Assembly: GCA_040770465.1 (NCBI GenBank)
Contig: JAXGJB010000017.1
Coordinates: 1-46,716 of the forward strand
Source: Methanothrix sp.
GTDB taxonomy: Archaea > Halobacteriota > Methanosarcinia > Methanotrichales > Methanotrichaceae
DNA length: 46,716 nucleotides
Reading direction: 5' to 3'
A program made the translations under genes and the position numbers. Positions within the stretch are counted from its first letter, which is position 1. Every line of letters starts with the position of its first letter. This document shows positions 37,944 to 46,716 of the stretch, piece after piece. Under the pieces are notes generated by a model. The model worked only from the letters and a program-made list of their open reading frames with translations, was not told the DNA's origin and did not search any database.

Positions 37944-38240
37944 CTTTCTCACCACTTCGCAAGGTTCAGCCCTAATGATGCGAGTCTTTAGCCCTTAAAA
38001 CCAAGCCCAATTCGATGAATCGTCTGCTGTCTGCTGACCTCATTATATAGTTGTCGCGACAGAGTAAGAATGTTGCGGTTCAGAAACCTGACTTTTTGCC
38101 GTCGGCTATTATAACCTCGTCGACTGTGTCACCTCATCATGGGGGGGGATCTTCGATAACAGAAACTAGCGTCCTCCTCTGCATGCCTTAGAAGGGTCAG
38201 GAGATCGTCCTTCTAAACAAGCTTTCCCTGCGATGGAGCT

Positions 38241-38615
38241 TCAAGGTAAAACCAACGTTCCTGCCCGGCCGAAAGGGCCTCTTCCAGATGGTCTACATCG
38301 GTGATCAGGGCCTTCTTACCCGTGGCTTCCGCGAAGGTGAGAGCCGCCTCCACCTTGGGTCCCATGCTCCCCGGTGGCAGCTCTCCGGAGGCGAGAAGCT
38401 GTCGCGTCTCATTCGGATGAAGGTGAGGGATGGGCTCAGGAGCCGCAGTTCTGAAACCCCGATAAGCCGCGTCCACCCCCGTGATAATCGAAAGCCTTTG
38501 GGCTTTCAGGGCCACGGCGAGTAGGGAAGAAGTGAGGTCCTTGTTCCACCACCGCCTCGACGCCCAATCGCTCTCCACCACGACCGCAGATCATCGGGAG
38601 GCCACCTCCGCCACC
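38241..38615 (-). pseudogene. arcC: Carbamate kinase C-terminal remnant with two frameshifts
   Basis: GGGGGLPM..GVEAVV / frameshift near 38545 / DKDLTSSLLA..TGVDAAY..PGSMGPKVEAA..ALIT..EEAL / frameshift near 38271 / GRAGTLVLP*. Confidence 0.88.
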
Positions 38616-38803
38616 AGTACCTTCTTGCCGGAGATCATCTCGGGACGATCCACCTGCACCTCAGATGAGGTGAGGGCGATCCGGGCTTTGGGGTTCGTCC
38701 TCCGCACGTTCTCCCTGATAGCAGCCACAGACTTTGAGCCCGCTGTAGCAGCTTTGTTGACGACCACGATCTGAGCCCGGCGCAAGTTCACCTGCCCAGG
38801 ATC
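38607..38803 (-). pseudogene. Internal fragment of a cDPG-synthetase-like / arginine synthetase (ArcE)-like gene
   Basis: PGQVNLRRAQIVVVNK..IRENVRRTNPKARI..VDRPEMISGKKVLVAE resembles the PGEVNLRxAD..INK..NPxA..GKxVLVVEDGPT segment of that family. Confidence 0.7.
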
Positions 38804-38865
38804 AAAATTCGTTCTCGCTGCTGTAACAACATAGTTTAACGGAATTTCTGATGATGTTGGCTGAA

Positions 38866-41304
38866 TCAATCGACACCGAAGCGGCCTTCCAGGAACGAAA
38901 GCCCCTCGTCGAAGAGCCTGTAGAACCTCACTTTGAGCTGATCTGTTATCAGGAATAACGCCAGGGCGTAGATCCAGACGATGGCGGCGAGGTTCCAGCC
39001 GATGGCTGGGATCAGAAGGCCGTAGACAGCGATGAGGGTGGCCACTACTTGAGTTCCCACAACAGCCCCCACCAGAACGTTGCTGGGCCTGTAAGACCAG
39101 AAGTGACCCCTGCTCCTGGCGATGAAGATGGTGAGATGGCCCGCTATGGATAACTTTAGATATATAAATGACTGCAGAACGTCACTGCTGAGGTGGAGGA
39201 GGTTCAGGCCGATGAAGAGCAGCAGAAAGGATGCTATGGTGCCGATCAGCCCCAGGTACAGGGCCATCCCCATCACCGACGACATCCTCCAGCGGTCCGG
39301 CCTCTTCGAGTACTCCGCCCTGTCGTAAGCTATGGACATGATGGCGAAGTCGTTGAGGATCGCGAGAAGCACGATCATTATGGCGGTCACCGGATAGAGG
39401 TTGAATATGACGATCGAGAGGGTGATGAAGAAGAGAACCCTTATCGTCTCAGCTATGCGGTAAATGGCGTAGCTGTTCATCCGCCGGAAGATCCTGCGGC
39501 TCTCTTTTATGGCGTCGATTATGACGGATAGACCCGGCTCTGTGAGAACGATTGCCGCCGCGGACTTGGCCGCGTCCGTCGCCCCCGAGACCGCGATCCC
39601 AGCGTCGGCCTTCTTCAGGGCCGGGGCGTCGTTGACCCCGTCGCCGGTCATCCCGACGATGTGGCCTTTGGACTGGAGAAGCTCGACGATCCTGAACTTG
39701 TGCTCGGGGAAGACCTGGGCGAAGCCGTCTGCCTCCTCGATGAGCCGCTCGGCCTCATCGTCCGGCTCGTCGACGAAGGCAGAGGCGGGCCTTATCCCGG
39801 TTCCCATCCCCACCATCCTGGCGATCTCCCTGGCGATCGCCACGTGGTCGCCGGTGACCATCTTGACCTCGACCCCCATGGACTGGGCGGTCGTTATCGT
39901 CTCGGCAGAGTCCTCTCTCGGGGGATCGTAGAGGGCGATGAGCCCCACGTACTGCCAGCCTCCGCCGCCATCGAGGCCCGTGCGGGCGACTCCCAGGGCC
40001 CGATAGCCCTTGGCGGCGAAGGCGTTCACCTTCTCGTCAACACTGGGGTCTTCAGAGGCGCCTCCCACCAGGGAGAGGATCGCCTGGGGCGCGCCCTTCG
40101 CCGCCTTGAACCTCCCCTCAGGCCCAAAAACCTCCGCCTCGGTCCTTTTGGAGACGGGATCGAAGGGCTTGAACTTTTCGATACGGTATCCTGAGGCGTC
40201 GACCTTCGCTTCTCTCGTCTTCTCGACTATGGCGACGTCGATGGGATCTCTGTCCTCTTCCCTGGTGGCCAAGAGGCCGAAGAGGAGCAGGTCCTCCTCA
40301 TCAAACCCCTCGAAGGGGACTAGCTCTGCCACCTTGATGGCGTTCTGGGTTATCGTCCCGGTCTTGTCGGAACAGAGGATGTCTATCCCCGCCATCTCCT
40401 CGATGGCGACAAGCCTGCTGACGATCGCCTCTTTTTTTGCGAGGCTGATCGCCCCCACCGCCATCGTCACCGAGAGTACGGCGGGCAGGGCGGCGGGTAT
40501 GGCCGCCACCACCAGGACCAGGGCGAACTGCAGCGTCTGAAGCAGGCTCACATGCCTCATGGTTGCGACGATGAATACCAGAGCCACCAGAGCTACCGCC
40601 AGCACGATCAAGTAGTCTCCGATCTTGATAACTGCTTTCTGGAAGTGGCTTTTGGTCTTCGCCTCTTCAACAAGCTTCGCGGTCCGGCCGAAGAATGTGT
40701 TCATCCCCGTGGCGTAGACGAGGCCGTTCATCTCGCCCATCCGGACGATGGAGCCGGAGTAGCCGACGTCGGAGGGCTTCTTCTCGACGGGGAGCGACTC
40801 GCCGGTGAGGGCCGACTCGTCGACCTGGAGGAAGTCGCCACCAAAGAGCTTGACGTCGGCGGGAACGATCTCGCCGAGCCTGACCCTGACAACGTCCCCG
40901 GGAACGAGCCGCCGCGCGGGAAGTTCGATCCACCTGCCGTCTCTTCTGACCCTGGCGCTCGGGGCGAGCCTCTTTTTCAAGAGCTCTATCGCCCTGTCCG
41001 CCTTGTTCTCCTGCCAGAAGCCGACGATGCCATTCATGAGCAGAAGCAGGGATATGATGGCGAAGTCGTCCCAGCGGCCAAGGGCTGCAGATAGGACGGC
41101 AGCGACCTCTATCATCCAAGGTATGGGACCCCAGAAGTAGGCGAGGAACTTGACGATGGGGTTGATCCTCTTCTCGGCGATCTCGTTGGGTCCGCGCTCA
41201 TTCAGTCTCGACTCGGCTTCCGGTGAGGTGAGCCCCTCACCGCTAGAGGATAGCTCGTTCATCAGGTCTTCTGCTGACGCCTCGGCCGCCTCTTCGGGTC
41301 TCAA
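38866..41304 (-). CDS. Plasma-membrane proton-efflux P-type ATPase (type IIIA), copy 2
   Basis: Same motifs as copy 1; colinear with it apart from a 2-aa insertion. Confidence 0.95.
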   Translation of the reverse strand: MRPEEAAEASAEDLMNELSSSGEGLTSPEAESRLNERGPNEIAEKRINPIVKFLAYFWGPIPWMIEVAAVLSAALGRWDDFAIISLLLLMNGIVGFWQENKADRAIELLKKRLAPSARVRRDGRWIELPARRLVPGDVVRVRLGEIVPADVKLFGGDFLQVDESALTGESLPVEKKPSDVGYSGSIVRMGEMNGLVYATGMNTFFGRTAKLVEEAKTKSHFQKAVIKIGDYLIVLAVALVALVFIVATMRHVSLLQTLQFALVLVVAAIPAALPAVLSVTMAVGAISLAKKEAIVSRLVAIEEMAGIDILCSDKTGTITQNAIKVAELVPFEGFDEEDLLLFGLLATREEDRDPIDVAIVEKTREAKVDASGYRIEKFKPFDPVSKRTEAEVFGPEGRFKAAKGAPQAILSLVGGASEDPSVDEKVNAFAAKGYRALGVARTGLDGGGGWQYVGLIALYDPPREDSAETITTAQSMGVEVKMVTGDHVAIAREIARMVGMGTGIRPASAFVDEPDDEAERLIEEADGFAQVFPEHKFRIVELLQSKGHIVGMTGDGVNDAPALKKADAGIAVSGATDAAKSAAAIVLTEPGLSVIIDAIKESRRIFRRMNSYAIYRIAETIRVLFFITLSIVIFNLYPVTAIMIVLLAILNDFAIMSIAYDRAEYSKRPDRWRMSSVMGMALYLGLIGTIASFLLLFIGLNLLHLSSDVLQSFIYLKLSIAGHLTIFIARSRGHFWSYRPSNVLVGAVVGTQVVATLIAVYGLLIPAIGWNLAAIVWIYALALFLITDQLKVRFYRLFDEGLSFLEGRFGVD

Positions 41305-41499
41305 AATAGCTCGCCTCCTTCAGCAACCTGAGATAATTCGTTATGTATTTGATATCAAGTTGCCGGTGTCATGAGGGGCTTGAACGTATTGCTGAGTTGC
41401 GCTCTGCAATCTTCGCTTGCTTCAGGTGGGCGCTTTTTGGGCTCGAAATCAAGACATTATCGAATAAAATAAATACTGATGGCCTGATACCCCACTCCC

Positions 41500-42813
41500 A
41501 TGGCCGGAGATTCGAGAAGGTCCATCGGATACAGGGAGGCGGTCTCCATCGGGGTCGGCGGGATGGTGGGCGGCGGGATCTTCGCCGTCCTGGGGCTTGC
41601 AGTCCAGCTCGCTCGCGGCGGGACGCCGGTGGCCTTCGCCATCGCAGGGCTCGTGGCGCTCTTGACCGCCTACTCTTACGCTCGCCTATCGGTAGCCTAT
41701 CCGAGCCAGGGCGGGACAGTATCCTTCCTTGTTCGCGCCTTCGGGACGGGGATATTTTCGGGGGGGATGAACGTCCTCCTCTGGATCAGCTACATCGTGA
41801 TGCTATCCCTCTACGCCTACGCCTTTGGAAGCTATGGCGCGACCTTCCTCCCGGCTTCGTTCCAGCCAATCGGAAAGCACCTTTTGATCACCGGCAGCGT
41901 TATTCTGATCTCGGGGCTGAACTTGCTCAGCGCCAAGGCCATCGGCAAGGCCGAAGATTTGATCGTCGGCCTAAAGATATCGATCCTCCTCATTTTCGTC
42001 GGCCTCGGCCTCTGGGCCGTCCAGCCAGAGAGGCTCGCTCCGGCGACGTGGTCTCCGGGGCTGAGCCTCATCTCCGGCGGGATGATCATCTTCGTCGCCT
42101 ACGAGGGGTTTGAGCTGATCGCCAACACCGCAAGAGACGTCAGAAATCCCAGGACGACCCTGCCCCGGGCATACTATTCGGCTGTCGTCTTCGTCATCGC
42201 CCTCTACGTCCTCGTCTCGGTGGTGGCGGTGGGAAGCCTCACCCTCGACCAGATAGCAGCCTCAAGAGACTACGCCCTAGCCGAGGCGGCAAGGCCCTTC
42301 ATGGGCCAGGCGGGATTCAGCCTCATCGCCGTCGCGGCCCTCCTCTCGACGGCATCCGCCATCAACGCCACCCTCTACGGGGCCGCCCGCTTGAGCTACA
42401 TCATAGCAAAGGATGGAGAGCTTCCAGAGTTCCTCGAGCAGAAGATCTGGAACAGGCCCATCGAGGGGCTGTTCATTACGGCGGGGCTCACCCTTATTTT
42501 CGCAAACCTCTCGGACCTCAGCAGCATATCGACGATGGGAAGTGCCGGGTTTCTGCTGATCTTCGCCGCCGTCAACGTGGCCAACGTCAGGCTCGCTGAT
42601 GATACAGAGAGCATATGGCAGATATCGGCCCTGGGAGCCGTCGCCTGTATCGGGGCCCTCTTCGCCCTCCTCTGGCAGACCGTCGCGACTTCGCCCCGCC
42701 AGATCCTGGTGCTTTTTGCCATGATCGGCCTTGCCTTCGCCATCGAGTTCGCTTACCGGAAGCTGCGTCCCAGGGAGATTAAGTGCGATCCAGACTGCGA
42801 TCTGGCAGAATAA
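41500..42813 (+). CDS. APC-family amino acid permease
   Basis: GGMVGGGIF, PSQGG, FVAYEGFELI, about 12 TM segments. Confidence 0.92.
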   Translation: MAGDSRRSIGYREAVSIGVGGMVGGGIFAVLGLAVQLARGGTPVAFAIAGLVALLTAYSYARLSVAYPSQGGTVSFLVRAFGTGIFSGGMNVLLWISYIVMLSLYAYAFGSYGATFLPASFQPIGKHLLITGSVILISGLNLLSAKAIGKAEDLIVGLKISILLIFVGLGLWAVQPERLAPATWSPGLSLISGGMIIFVAYEGFELIANTARDVRNPRTTLPRAYYSAVVFVIALYVLVSVVAVGSLTLDQIAASRDYALAEAARPFMGQAGFSLIAVAALLSTASAINATLYGAARLSYIIAKDGELPEFLEQKIWNRPIEGLFITAGLTLIFANLSDLSSISTMGSAGFLLIFAAVNVANVRLADDTESIWQISALGAVACIGALFALLWQTVATSPRQILVLFAMIGLAFAIEFAYRKLRPREIKCDPDCDLAE

Positions 42814-42825
42814 CAAAAACCGTGG

Positions 42826-42952
42826 GCTTGAAAAATTCAAAAATTGGGTGGACGATTCGGGGAAAGATCCGGGCGGCCTTTCAAGCTAACATACATTAAA
42901 ATTGATATACGACTAACTTTCGACCCGTCGTCCAAACTTTGAATTTCTCAGC
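42826..42952. repeat. Imperfect long inverted repeat (MITE-like element or RNA hairpin)
   Basis: Left arm gcttgaaaaattcaaaaattgggtggacgattcggggaaag versus the reverse complement of the right arm gctgagaaattcaaagtttggacgacgggtcgaaag. Confidence 0.5.
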
Positions 42953-43060
42953 ATCTGCAGCCATTATGACCATTTTGCAGCCACGATGTCTGACAATCTG
43001 ATCGACAGATGGAAGAAAAGCTTATTAACAAAAATAACATAATGATTGATGGTGATAGAT

Positions 43061-43492
43061 ATGTTCGACAAGATTCTGATAGCGACTGATGGATCGACCC
43101 ACAGCATACGGGCTGCAAAAGAGGGGATAGAGCTTGCGAAGCTGTCTGGTGGGAAGGTGACCGCCCTTTACGTCGTCGACGTGAACCGCGCCGTATCCGA
43201 TGTCAGCGCCAATATCGCCAACGAGGTCATCGAGGGGCTCAAGACGACGATGAGAACGGAGGGAGAGCACGCCACAAAATACGTCGAAGAATCTGCGAAG
43301 ATGGCAAACGTCGCCGCGGAGAAGAAGATCGTCGAGGGCAACCCCGCCGAAGAGATCCTGAAGATGGCCGGAGGCGTGGACGTGGTAGTGATGGGAAGCA
43401 TCGGCCGCACCGGCCTTGGAAAGTACCTTCTCGGAAGCGTGACCGATAAGGTGGTTCGAAACTCGAAGGTTCCAGTGATGGTCGTTTATTGA
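43061..43492 (+). CDS. Universal stress protein
   Basis: KILIATDGS, GNPAEEI, VVMGSIGRTGLGKYLLGSVTDKVVR; GGTGA SD before ATG 43061. Confidence 0.95.
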   Translation: MFDKILIATDGSTHSIRAAKEGIELAKLSGGKVTALYVVDVNRAVSDVSANIANEVIEGLKTTMRTEGEHATKYVEESAKMANVAAEKKIVEGNPAEEILKMAGGVDVVVMGSIGRTGLGKYLLGSVTDKVVRNSKVPVMVVY

Positions 43493-43845
43493 GACGCGTC
43501 TTCTCGCCAAAGAAGCCGTGTTGTAGCTTTTCGAGAAGGGCGGCTATCACGGCAAAAATAACGGTCTGGCGCGGGATCTCGACCAAGAAAGCCGCCCTCC
43601 CCTTTCTGATCAATATGAATAATCGGCCGTCTTCATCGAAGGCTTGAGATAAGCCGGACCAGAAGCGTCCGATAAGCGACGTTTGCGAGCCGAACGGTAT
43701 ACCGCCGGATCTGTGATTCGCCGGGCTTCGGAGAAGGCCAAGCTCGTGGCCAAGTCAGAATTTATGGGCAAAGTTTGGTGAGAGACTAATATTGATGGTC
43801 GATGGTGGGCCGCCCTTCGGGCGATCCCATCTACTTGGAGAAATT

Positions 43846-44019
43846 ATGAGATATATCACCATAAAACTCAGCGATGAGGATTTCGAGCGTCTATCGATGA
43901 CCAAAGGCGACAGAACCTGGCAAGAATACATAATGAAGGATCTTCTGAACCAGGCCAGACGACAGGAGCTGCAGAGGATGATAGGAAACGAAGAGCTGAG
44001 ATGCGAATATTGCATTTGA
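43846..44019 (+). CDS. Small ribbon-helix-helix-like protein, copy 2 (57 aa)
   Basis: MRYITIKLSDEDFERLSMTKGDRTWQEYIMKD...CEYCI; GGAG SD; start fixed by alignment to the paralog. Confidence 0.75.
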   Translation: MRYITIKLSDEDFERLSMTKGDRTWQEYIMKDLLNQARRQELQRMIGNEELRCEYCI

Positions 44020-44192
44020 GAGCTGTGGGCCCGATCATTTTTATATTTTTAGTTATTTTGCCACAAAGTAAGCGTCCGTCGACTTTCGGAGCGGCTTTGG
44101 CCCCATTGGCGAACAGCTGGATTTAGCGTCTTCAGAGGAAGGCTCCAATTAGATCGAAGAGGCGAAACCCGAAAGTGATGGGGAGATGAATA

Positions 44193-44882
44193 ATGCGAAA
44201 CCGCGATCAGGAGCCGAAGCGCGTATTTAGGTCGAAGCGAGAGGCCAAAGCCAACTACGACAGGATCGCTCGCTGGTACGACCTGGCGGAGGGCTTCTGG
44301 GAGCGGAAGTTGAGATCATTCGGTCTGAGAGAACTCGGTTCATCGGAGGGGGAGGTCATCCTCGACGTAGGCATCGGGACGGGCACCGAGACCCTGGCCC
44401 TCGCCGGGACGGTCGGCGAGTCTGGCAGAGTCGTGGGAATCGACATATCCTCGAAGATGCTGGGAGTCGCCAGGGCTAGGATGGAGAAGGAGGGGCTGGC
44501 GGGTCGTGTCAATCTCCTCCAATGTGATGCGGCCTCTCTCCCCTTCAAGGCCGAGACCTTCGATCGTCTCTTCATGAGCTTCACCCTGGAACTCTTCGAC
44601 ACCCCTGAGATCCCCCTCGTCCTCGAAGAGTTCAGAGAGGTCCTCAGGCCGGGAGGCCGGATCGCCATCGTCTCACTGACAAAATCGGGTGGCGGAAGCC
44701 TGGCGAGGGATATCTACGAGCTTTTTCACGATCGATTTCCTTCCCTCGTCGACTGCCGTCCCATCTTCGTCCGAAGGGCTCTGGAAGAGGCGGGTTTCGA
44801 GGTCACAGAGTCTACTCTGAGTTCGATCTGGGGCCTCCCGGTGGAGATCGTCCTCGCCGAGAATATGGATGAAGGCGGATGA
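44193..44882 (+). CDS. Class I SAM-dependent methyltransferase (UbiE/MenG-like)
   Basis: YDRIARWYD, ILDVGIGTG, GIDISSKML, DAASLPF..FD, VLRPGG. Confidence 0.9.
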   Translation: MRNRDQEPKRVFRSKREAKANYDRIARWYDLAEGFWERKLRSFGLRELGSSEGEVILDVGIGTGTETLALAGTVGESGRVVGIDISSKMLGVARARMEKEGLAGRVNLLQCDAASLPFKAETFDRLFMSFTLELFDTPEIPLVLEEFREVLRPGGRIAIVSLTKSGGGSLARDIYELFHDRFPSLVDCRPIFVRRALEEAGFEVTESTLSSIWGLPVEIVLAENMDEGG

Positions 44883-45000
44883 AGATGGACGCTGAACTGG
44901 GCTTAAGCCTCATAATCCTCGTCGATTTTCATGTGATGGAGTATGATATAAGTAGTATCGGTGCATAACCAGAGCCGATAAATCAGATCCAGGTGAATAA

Positions 45001-45579
45001 ATGGAAGACGACTTCAACGAAGTGGTTAAGTTTCACGGCCATACCTGCCCGGGCATCGCCATCGGCTACCGGGTGGCCAAGTACGTAAAAAACCATTACA
45101 ACAGGTCCGAGGATGAGGAGCTGGTGGCGATCGCCGAGAACAGCTCCTGCAGCGTCGACGCCATCCAGTACCTCCTCGGCTGCACCTTCGGGAAGGGGAA
45201 CTTCATCTTCAAGGACCACGGAAAGCACGTCTACACCTTCTACTCACGAGACCACGACAAGGCGATCCGGATCTACTTCAAGAACGTCATGCCCAGGTCC
45301 GATCCCGCCGCCATGAAGAGGTTCTTCGCTGGGGAGATGACTCCCGAGGAGGGGGAGAAGTTCATGAAGCTCCGAGAGGAGGCGACCGATTACATCCTCA
45401 ACGCCCCCGACGAGGAGATCCTGGAGGTCCGGGAGGTCGATATCCCCGCGCCGCCGAAGGCCCGAATCCACCCCTCTATTGAGTGCCAGGAGTGCGGCGA
45501 GGCCTTCATGGAGGTGAGGGGGAGGACGGCGGGAGGCAAGATCGTCTGCGAGGAGTGCTACCAGAAGTTTGTGGCCTAG
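45001..45579 (+). CDS. FmdE-family protein with C-terminal zinc finger
   Basis: FHGHTCPG, CSVDAIQ..GCTFGKGN, CQECGE..CEEC. Confidence 0.92.
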   Translation: MEDDFNEVVKFHGHTCPGIAIGYRVAKYVKNHYNRSEDEELVAIAENSSCSVDAIQYLLGCTFGKGNFIFKDHGKHVYTFYSRDHDKAIRIYFKNVMPRSDPAAMKRFFAGEMTPEEGEKFMKLREEATDYILNAPDEEILEVREVDIPAPPKARIHPSIECQECGEAFMEVRGRTAGGKIVCEECYQKFVA

Positions 45580-45609
45580 AAGGCCCCCATTTTTTCTCCG
45601 CTCAACCGT

Positions 45610-46359
45610 CTAAATTTCGATCTTCTGCAGGTCCCGCCCGATCTCGACTCCGACGCCGGTGCCGACGCCCGCCAGGACTTCCCGGACCATCTCCTCCTCG
45701 CAGCCGATCGTCTGGGGGTAGAGGTGGGTGAGGACGATCCTCTTTATCCCGGCGCCCCGGAAGGTCTCGCCGAGCCGCCGGGGGGTTGAATGGTTGGTGA
45801 CGACGAAGGGCTCGGGAAAGGAGCACTCGTGGACGAGGAGGTCTGCGCCCTCCGCGAGCGTCCTCATCGACTCTGCGGGCTCGGTGTCCCCGGAGTAGAC
45901 GACCGCCTTCTCGCCAGACTCGATCCGATATCCGAGGGCCGGAAGGCTGTGGACCGCCTCGCCTGCCCTGATCTTCAGTCCCGAAAGGCTGAACTCGTCG
46001 CCGGGCCGGACGACGGAAAAGGAGACGTCCAAATCTGCGAGGTAAGGGTAAAGCCCCCGGACCGTCTCAAACCACGCCTCCGTCCCCTCGGTGCCGAAGA
46101 CCTCCATCTTGTCCTCGCCCAGGAGCCACCGGGCCTTGGCCAGGGCGAGGAGATCGGAGACGTGGTCCAGGTGGAGGTGGGTGAGAAGGGCGACGTCGAT
46201 CTCCAGGGGGGAGAATCCCGCCTCCGCGAGCCTCAAGAGGGCTCCAGCGCCGCAGTCGAAGAGGAGGGGCTCATCGCCCTTCACCACCAGCCCCGCCTGG
46301 GCCCGGCCCGAATGGGGGATTCCGACCCCGGTCCCCAGAAGGGTCACCTCAATTTCCAT
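45610..46359 (-). CDS. MBL-fold metallo-hydrolase (RNase Z-like)
   Basis: MEIEVTLLGTG, FDCGAG, THLHLDH, YSGDT, HECS, THLYP. True start is the ATG at 46359, not 46713. Confidence 0.9.
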   Translation of the reverse strand: MEIEVTLLGTGVGIPHSGRAQAGLVVKGDEPLLFDCGAGALLRLAEAGFSPLEIDVALLTHLHLDHVSDLLALAKARWLLGEDKMEVFGTEGTEAWFETVRGLYPYLADLDVSFSVVRPGDEFSLSGLKIRAGEAVHSLPALGYRIESGEKAVVYSGDTEPAESMRTLAEGADLLVHECSFPEPFVVTNHSTPRRLGETFRGAGIKRIVLTHLYPQTIGCEEEMVREVLAGVGTGVGVEIGRDLQKIEI

Positions 46360-46483
46360 GAAGTTATCAGGGGATTCGACGGTAATAGATGTTGCCGGCC
46401 CGGACCGATCAATTTTAAGTACATCCAAAGAATCAGATCCAAAGAACGATACTCTGACCTCAAGATCGATCAAGGTGATAATT

Positions 46484-46716
46484 TTGTTGGAGAACGTCAT
46501 CAAGGACCCGGCCCTGGCCGAGAAGGGCAAAAAGAGGATCGAGTGGGCGAGAAGACATATGCCCGTCCTCCAGAAGATAAGGGAGGAGTACACCATCGAG
46601 CGGCCCCTGGAAGGGGTCAAGGTCGTGGCCTGCCTCCACGTCACCGTCGAGACCGCAAACCTCCTCTCGACCCTGACGGCCGGCGGGGCCGAGATCGCCG
46701 TCGCCGGGTCCAACCC
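46484..46716 (+). CDS. ahcY: Adenosylhomocysteinase-family hydrolase, N-terminus (runs off the window)
   Basis: IKDPALAEKGKKRIEWARRHMPVL..PLEG..ACLHVTVETANL..GGAEI..GSNP; AGGTGA SD before TTG. Absent from the ORF track. Confidence 0.93.
   Translation, partial: MLENVIKDPALAEKGKKRIEWARRHMPVLQKIREEYTIERPLEGVKVVACLHVTVETANLLSTLTAGGAEIAVAGSN

Noticed and set aside
41343-42113. 256-aa Arg-rich ORF
   Set aside because: Out-of-frame overlap with the APC permease; composition typical of a shadow ORF.
43493-43790. Possible pseudogene downstream of the USP gene
   Set aside because: Only short stop-interrupted frames with no recognisable motif.
33547-44019. Toxin-antitoxin modules at the two micro-genes
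   Set aside because: No toxin-like ORF is adjacent to either copy.
25481-44100. Integrative element or prophage
   Set aside because: No integrase, transposase, tRNA att site or flanking direct repeats were found by eye.
46360-46713. N-terminal extension of the MBL ORF given in the track
   Set aside because: It is antisense to ahcY and crosses the divergent promoter; MBL homology starts at Met 46359.

Overview
GC-rich archaeal chromosomal DNA, most consistent with a Methanotrichaceae (Methanothrix/Methanosaeta-like) methanogen. This is inferred from TFE, DUF2551, FmdE, a methanoarchaeal RHDIL-type kinase, a PGF-CTERM-like tail and bacterial-type mutS-mutL. Left part (1-13.5 kb): the 3' portion of a giant repetitive surface protein (mosaic 288-bp repeats, 10 SdrD/CnaB-like domains, 5 more Ig-like domains, C-terminal beta-propeller), followed by exported/membrane genes that include two TPR proteins and two apparently catalytically degenerate nuclease domains (SNase-LTD and Mrr-TM). 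Middle (13.7-25.4 kb): housekeeping genes (DUF2551, tfe, AIR-synthase-like, mutL, mutS, MFS, Lrp-RAM, TPR, DUF3467) plus two small secreted Trp/Tyr-rich proteins flanking the MFS gene. Right part (25.5-44 kb): an accessory region built on a roughly 9.4-10.3 kb-period duplication of [P-type H+-ATPase / divergent APC permease / small RHH-like gene]. It also holds glgP, an SDR, a hybrid kinase, a membrane molybdo-oxidoreductase and a deletion-fused remnant of an arginine-synthetase-like gene plus carbamate kinase. The window ends with a methyltransferase, fmdE-like gene, MBL hydrolase and the start of ahcY. No rRNA, tRNA, CRISPR array or transposase was seen. All family assignments come from motif recognition by eye; no database search was run.
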